From the NCBI GenBank assembly GCA_001600815.1, contig BCKZ01000002.1:186001-250000 (forward strand): a stretch of DNA of 64,000 nt, in the 5' to 3' direction. The position numbers were made by a program, and so were the translations under genes. Below the pieces are notes generated by a model. The model was given only the letters and a program-made list of their open reading frames with translations, was not told the DNA's origin and did not search any database. Below are positions 58,176-64,000 of this stretch, in pieces. Each line of letters starts with the position of its first letter. Within the stretch, counting starts at the first letter, position 1. Origin of the DNA: Alloascoidea hylecoeti (Eukaryota).

Positions 58176-58882
58176 ATGACGACAGAAGAAATATCGCTAT
58201 TAACACCTCCCTTGAGGTTCTCGATGATGCAGCCAGACCTATATAGAGGTTCATATCCACGGCCGATAAACCACAAGTTTCTTAAACGGCTTAAGCTGAA
58301 GACGATCGTTAGTTTAATACCGAAGCCAATAACTGAAGAGAGCGATCCTATCCTATGGAAATTTTGTCATGATGAAGGGATTATGCTAATACACATAGTA
58401 GCAGGTGTCCAGGATGGTAAGGGTAAAAAAAGGAGTGTTCCACTCACAAATGAATCCGTAATAGAGACTCTGGAGGTATGATAATGTTTTGTATGATATG
58501 ATCATTTGAATTCAATTAACATGTATTTGGCTATAAGGTCATGATTAATAGTGACTATTCACCAATGTATATACATTGTCTTAATGGAAGTCAAGTAACG
58601 TCACTTACCGTCGCATGTCTACGGAAATTGTCCTTCTGGTCTTCAGCTTCTATTTTCAATGAATTCATTGCCTATGGGCAGACCTTAACGGCTCGCGATA
58701 GGAAATTCGTCGAGGACTTCAAAGCTTCAATAACATTACCAGAGCATAAGGTTGGGTGGATATGGATGGGAATGTCAAGTGGAGTGGTTGGCAGTCATCC
58801 ATCTGTTAAGTTCAAAGAACGGGACGAAAATGAACAATTAGGTCAAAAACACCTTCCAACACTCAGTGAAAGAGAATTTTGA
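58176..58882 (+). CDS. OCA6: Atypical tyrosine-phosphatase family protein Oca6 (2 exons)
   Basis: Exons 58176-58475, 58538-58882; PPLRFS..QPDLYRGSYPRPIN, HCLNGSQVTSLTVACLRKLSFWS. Confidence 0.88.
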
Positions 58883-59162
58883 TTACACAAAATCTTCAGG
58901 GGAAGGCTTCATATTAATGATACCCATTGTACTTTATATACGTATTATTTAAGGAGGCAAGTTGGGAATGATTCAAACTTCAGTCAAAAATAAAAAATAT
59001 AACCAAACGTCAGAATGCAAATAATAAAGAAAGAGACTTCAAAAACCTAATAATCAACAAGTAATAAAAGTAGACGATAAAAAATTTAATAAGGGAAAGG
59101 AAACGAGAATAAGGACTTTGATACTAGTACTTTTATGTAAAATAAATCAATTTTTTACAATC

Positions 59163-60558
59163 TTACTGGAATAATAAGCTTGCAGCTAAATCAGGATTAC
59201 CCTCGGTCATTTCCAGGGCTTGGACAGCTCTTTCTCGAGTAAAACCAAGGTTCATCAACTGTAAAATATTTCCCTCGAATTCATTTGAAAATGATTTATC
59301 ATCTCTACTATCCTCATCTTCTTTATGGACTTCTACTGAAGCTGGTTCAACTTCAACCTCAGCTTCAACTTCTTCTTCTTCAGCCTCTGGGATATATTCT
59401 TCCATGCCATAAGCATTGATATCTCCAATTTCAGCTTCCCCTAAAAATGGAGTAGCACTTTCTCCCATTATTAGAACATTGTTCCGTAAATCAATAATAC
59501 CCTGATGTCTTTTCAACACTAATTATCATGAAAAATTAAAAATACTGTTAGTGTTTTACTTTGGTTTATTCCAAATACCTTCATAGTAACTTACTGTCTA
59601 AACCCAAAAGTAATTCAACAGATTGTCCTTCGAGAACGGTAAAGGAACAAGGTAAAAATGAGTCGCCAACTTTGATAGGAGCACTATGGATTCGTCCGAG
59701 GATATTGGCAGTTCCAACCCCCTTGGCAACACCTTTGAATCTTGTATCAAGCAGCCGTAAGATCCCACATCTTTCGGCACATTCGGGGTTAACTAATTGA
59801 ATAAAGTCAGTTGATTCGGTATAAATCAAGAAAAAAAGATTGGGGGACTTACTTATTGTGGCTTGAGCACCTGAGTCAACGAAGGCTTTAACTGGAACAC
59901 CATTAACTTCGACATTTATATACAACATTATTACTTGGCCAAAAACCTCAGGATTATGTTCTAAAGCCGTTTGGAGATTGTCAGCAATCTGATCCTTGCG
60001 TATGATCTCCATGATCCTTCTCTGGTTATCTTCATCGTCGGGATTGCTAGTCAATTGTCTGAGCTCTTCCTTAATAGCCCTTTCATGGGCTCGTCTCTCT
60101 TGTTCAATTTCAATCATCTTCTCACGAAACTTAACAGGATTATCTATAACAGAAGTTAAATCGGGGTATGCACCAAGCAAGCGTTGTCGCATACCAGCAT
60201 CGAGATTGATCTGCATCCTCAATCGTTCGATTTCAGCTTCCAAAGGATTCTCAGGGGGCGCAGGAGGTGCTTCTTCTTCTGGTTCTGGTTCTGGCTCAGG
60301 AGGGGCTTTTTTTTCTTCTTTTCGTGGAATCTTTCTTTCAACAACGATCATATCGTCTCCTTGGAATCCCCATTCATTTAAGATTCTATCGTCACCTAAT
60401 AGCGGATTGAGTTGAAAGAAGAGTAATAATTCTTTTGTAGGAATACCTGTTTCACTTTCAACATATGCTTTAAAGTCAGCAAGGGTCATAGAAGTATTAA
60501 CATCAATAGGAAGCAATTCATCTTGATCTGCCATCAAGACAGCCAAAGTTAATCTCAT
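59163..60558 (-). CDS. DDI1: Ddi1 (UBL - retroviral-type aspartyl protease - UBA; 3 exons)
   Basis: Exons 60558-59853, 59792-59595, 59518-59163; AFVDSGAQATI, LLLGLDMLKRH, UBA LGF..ALE. Confidence 0.95.
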
Positions 60559-61169
60559 ATTTTAATTTTCAAGCTTTCAAAAACCGATCGGAAACTTTCT
60601 ATGATTTTATGATGCTGTTTAGTTATAGTTAACAATCAAGCTATTAACTGTTGAAATAAGTAGAAAACACAGAGATTAGTTTCTTATGATTAATTCCTTT
60701 CTTGGCTTTGCTGTAGAGGAAAAGAGGAAAGGAGTCGTCGCTCTTAATTATGATTTTATATTGAGTATGCGGATCCAAGTTCTTGCATATGTAGGAAACA
60801 TTTATACTGTACCAGGATTAATGTTAGTTAATTAATTAAATATGACTACAATTGTAAAAATAAATATCAATATTAACACTCCCGTTTTTACTATCCCAGA
60901 CTGGGTATATAAGTAGTCTCATCTCAATTCTTCGATATAACAAGCGATGTGTTGTTACTTTTGTGTATTGAAGAAGTTTTGAATGGGAATTACAAAAAAT
61001 CATTAATATTATAATTACAATTATATATAATTACGTGGTCAAATTATCTTTAGAAATATTATTATTGAAGTGTTAAATTTAGGCACTGAATAATTGAAGA
61101 AAAAAAAATTTGTAAATTATATGGGAAAACTTCTTGCTCGCAAAGGATTTATCTTCTTAAACAACAATA

Positions 61170-61560
61170 TATATTTACCATGTCTCAAACAAAAATACAG
61201 GAGAAAGCGTTAAGTGTGAAAAATCGGATTATTGCAATTGCATTATTAGTCTTTAAACTTGATTAATGTTGATAACTTGATAGAGTGTAGATCTAATTGT
61301 AGTTAGGTTGAAAAGGTCATATTGATGGTGCCGAAATAAAAAAATTGGTTAATCAGTAAATATATTTCGTGGGTGAAATAAGGCATAGTTGGTTCGTCAA
61401 AACATAGTTTAACAACCATCCTATCAGATTAGTATCAACCATCAACCAAAGACCAATGATCTGTGAAAATTGAAACTCAAAATTAAAGACAATTACAATA
61501 ATCCGATTTTTCACACTTAACGCTTTCTCCTGTATTGCTGTTCTAGACTTGGTGGATATA
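61170..61560. mobile_element. MITE-like non-autonomous element / foldback with 41-bp perfect inverted repeats
   Basis: AATACAGGAGAAAGCGTTAAGTGTGAAAAATCGGATTATTG at 61194-61234 with exact reverse complement at 61496-61536; no ORF inside. Confidence 0.6.
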
Positions 61561-62916
61561 TTTAGCTAACACTCAATTCTACTATATATTATACCAGTAT
61601 AGACTCTATAGAGGACTATAAGGCCTTATATATATAAGGTTATAGGAGGTTATATAATTATAAGTATGAGGTAGGTTATAAGTTACATGTAATAGACTGT
61701 TCAAACACAGAAATACAAGCCTACAATATATATACTTATAAATATAATCAAGCTTAAACTTCATATTATCGGTACCGAAGATCAAGATCGAACCAGAAAT
61801 TTGTAATGGTCATAATCATGATTTAATCCAACAAATTTGAAAATAAATCTCAGAGATTAAAAAATATATCCAGGTATTATGAGTTCAAATGTGATCAATT
61901 TCAATAATTTAGACTTCGGAAGCTATATATATTCATGTTAAACTATTTCGAATCAGATATTTTAAATACCCACTCTTATAATAGACTGTTTTTGGAGGTT
62001 GCAATTAATCATAATATAGGACTTCAATTTTAAGTTTCAAAATTTATCATAACGTACCATTGTATTACTAGTTATAAGCTTGTTATTGAATTATTATCCA
62101 AATCCCATCCAGCTTATTTTAATTTTTGATTTTTGATTCTTCTACTTTGAGCATTTTTTTTACTATTTTTATTTCTGTTAATACCTTTTTATTATTCATG
62201 ATTTTTCTATGGGTAAGATATAAGTTATATGCTACATCCGCCAGGAGCAATTGAAATTTTCAACTAGAAAGACACCTTCCCCTTTTTAAGAAAGAGTATA
62301 CCTTTTAAAGAAATATATAACGACAAGTAGACGATGTAATAATCTCTCTAAGTCATGGTATAATTAACATTGTAATTTACCATCTCTACCATCAAACTTT
62401 ATAAAACTTAGTCTTTACCATTTTAGCCGGTATTAATATGCATTATGCATACCCGTAAAATTAAGTGGCATGGACTTTCCTTGGTTATTTTTGAATTCTT
62501 TGTAAATAAGAAAGCTTACCAAGCTTGCAAATATTCTAATATAGATGATTCATGATTCATGATCAATGATCTAATTATATTAATTAAGTCTATTTCCTAA
62601 GGGAAAATTACCACATGTAGGCCTATATCTATTTATTTCGTAACAATAAATTGCGATGGTTCATGATATATAAGTCGTGATTGCATATTATACATCATTG
62701 TTTTATGCAGTGATTTTTTGAATTTCCATAAGTAACCTCTTCTAATAATATAATATCATTACAGACAATTGCAATGCCCGTATTTTGAATCTTATATAAT
62801 CTTAACTAAGCTTAAAGTAATCACACCAAAACCGTAATATGAAGCATAAGTAGGTAGAGAGGCTTCAGAAATCCATAAATTGTATAATTATTGCACACTC
62901 AAAATGTTAACTATAA

Positions 62917-64000
62917 TTATGTGCTAAACATATTCACACTGGTTCTGGCAGTTGCAGAAACCGTGGGCCAATTAGTCCAATCTGCTGAGAATAAAAGGTT
63001 ATCACTACACCCACTTCCTAAAGCGCTATTATTCATGAAACCAGGCTCCCAATAAAAGACACCGGTACCAAGATCATTATCCAAACCTTTAACAGTAGAT
63101 ACAATATCCTGGACCCATTCTGTCTGGCCCGCTGCGCTTACTGAAATACTTTGATCGCTCAAAGTGACACCAGGACAATCAACAGGCCAATCGGTTTCAA
63201 CTACCATCATCGGTTTACTATAAGTTGAGCCGAGTGTATTCAGCGATGTTTTGAGATTTGATAATGTAGCGCTTGTACTATAAAATGGATAAAACGAAAC
63301 CCCCATTACGTCCCAATCATCAGTAGTTATTATACCTGTTTTAACCAGGGTCCAATACCATGTTGATTGTTTATCACTATCCCAACCGTTATCTAAATGA
63401 ATCATAATTTTGGGCTTGGTAACACCAGAATTAACAGCATCTGTAACACCATTTCTAGCAGCCTTCCAAAGATATGCGAAATTTGTAAAATTTGAAATAC
63501 GGGCTTTTTCCGAAAGCGAAACATCAACTCTTCCTACTGGCCAAAGCATACCAGCAGTGATTTCATTACCAAGAGAAACAATAGCCAGTTCAACACCAGC
63601 ATCATTGAACGAAACTAAAGTCGATTTCACATATGATCTAAGTTTAGTTTTGAGAGTTGAACGTGAGGTCGGCCAACCTGTTGGAATTGCTTGTTTTGAC
63701 GGATCAGCCCAATTTGAACTAAAAAAGAAATCAAGATAAATATTATAACCAGCTTTATAAAATCGTTTTGCAAGTTCGAGATTATAATTAAGACCATATG
63801 TTCCATCTTCGGTAACCCAAAGGCGAAGACGCACAGTATTCATACCACCATCGCCGAGAATTTCTTCAATACTAGATTCTACGGAGGATGAGGTATAGAA
63901 TGTATATCCATTATCTTCGAGAAGTTTACATGATGATAAATCATGTCCTTTATAAAATGTGGTGGTGCTTCGACGAGACAACATCTTATCTATCACATAA
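62917..64000 (-). CDS. GH53 endo-beta-1,4-galactanase (5' end beyond window)
   Basis: KGHDLSS, NTVRLRLWV, WADP..Q..P.GW, GNE (acid/base), MIHLDNGW, SFYPFY, VVETDWP (nucleophile), GVFYWEP. Confidence 0.9.
   Translation of the reverse strand, partial: YVIDKMLSRRSTTTFYKGHDLSSCKLLEDNGYTFYTSSSVESSIEEILGDGGMNTVRLRLWVTEDGTYGLNYNLELAKRFYKAGYNIYLDFFFSSNWADPSKQAIPTGWPTSRSTLKTKLRSYVKSTLVSFNDAGVELAIVSLGNEITAGMLWPVGRVDVSLSEKARISNFTNFAYLWKAARNGVTDAVNSGVTKPKIMIHLDNGWDSDKQSTWYWTLVKTGIITTDDWDVMGVSFYPFYSTSATLSNLKTSLNTLGSTYSKPMMVVETDWPVDCPGVTLSDQSISVSAAGQTEWVQDIVSTVKGLDNDLGTGVFYWEPGFMNNSALGSGCSDNLLFSADWTNWPTVSATARTSVNMFST

Noticed and set aside
1..64000. tRNA genes, rRNA, CRISPR arrays, autonomous transposon ORFs
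   Set aside because: None recognised by eye; the Ddi1 aspartyl protease is a host gene. tRNAscan/Rfam scans would be needed to exclude small RNAs fully

Overview
AT-rich eukaryotic DNA from an intron-rich budding yeast (Saccharomycotina). It uses the standard code (CTG falls on conserved Leu in Hsp78) and has a complex I subunit and a class-2 DHODH, which points to an early-diverging lineage; the species cannot be named from this window. About 30 protein genes are present. They include MRPL35, GPI18, a PalH/RIM21-family sensor, HSP78, MGR1, SMD3, PEP3/VPS18, GLR1, a PTC7-like PP2C, PSA2, DPB4, URA9, GET2, a PDH/BCKD kinase, NDUFS6, SEC28, an 8-exon OBG-family GTPase, an SDR, TRM112, CWC22, a ModF-like ABC protein, GDI1, LCB2, DOS2, OCA6, DDI1 and a GH53 galactanase cut by the window edge. 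The U5 snRNA gene is also here. I reconstructed 27 introns by hand, including 6-nt and 8-nt micro-exons. The first ~6 kb is an accessory 'graveyard'. It holds an internally deleted VMS1 pseudogene, two relics of a dispersed ~0.5-kb coding-derived repeat (third copy at ~49.3-49.9 kb), and an intact, divergent Ran-binding-domain gene that has gained myristoylation/palmitoylation and PPxY motifs, followed by a decayed tandem copy. Other highlights are a probable Fin1-like PP1 adaptor, a HAD-fold pseudoenzyme, a TA-flanked MITE-like element and frequent perfect short palindromes in intergenic DNA. All homology calls come from motif recognition and recalled sequences, not database searches.
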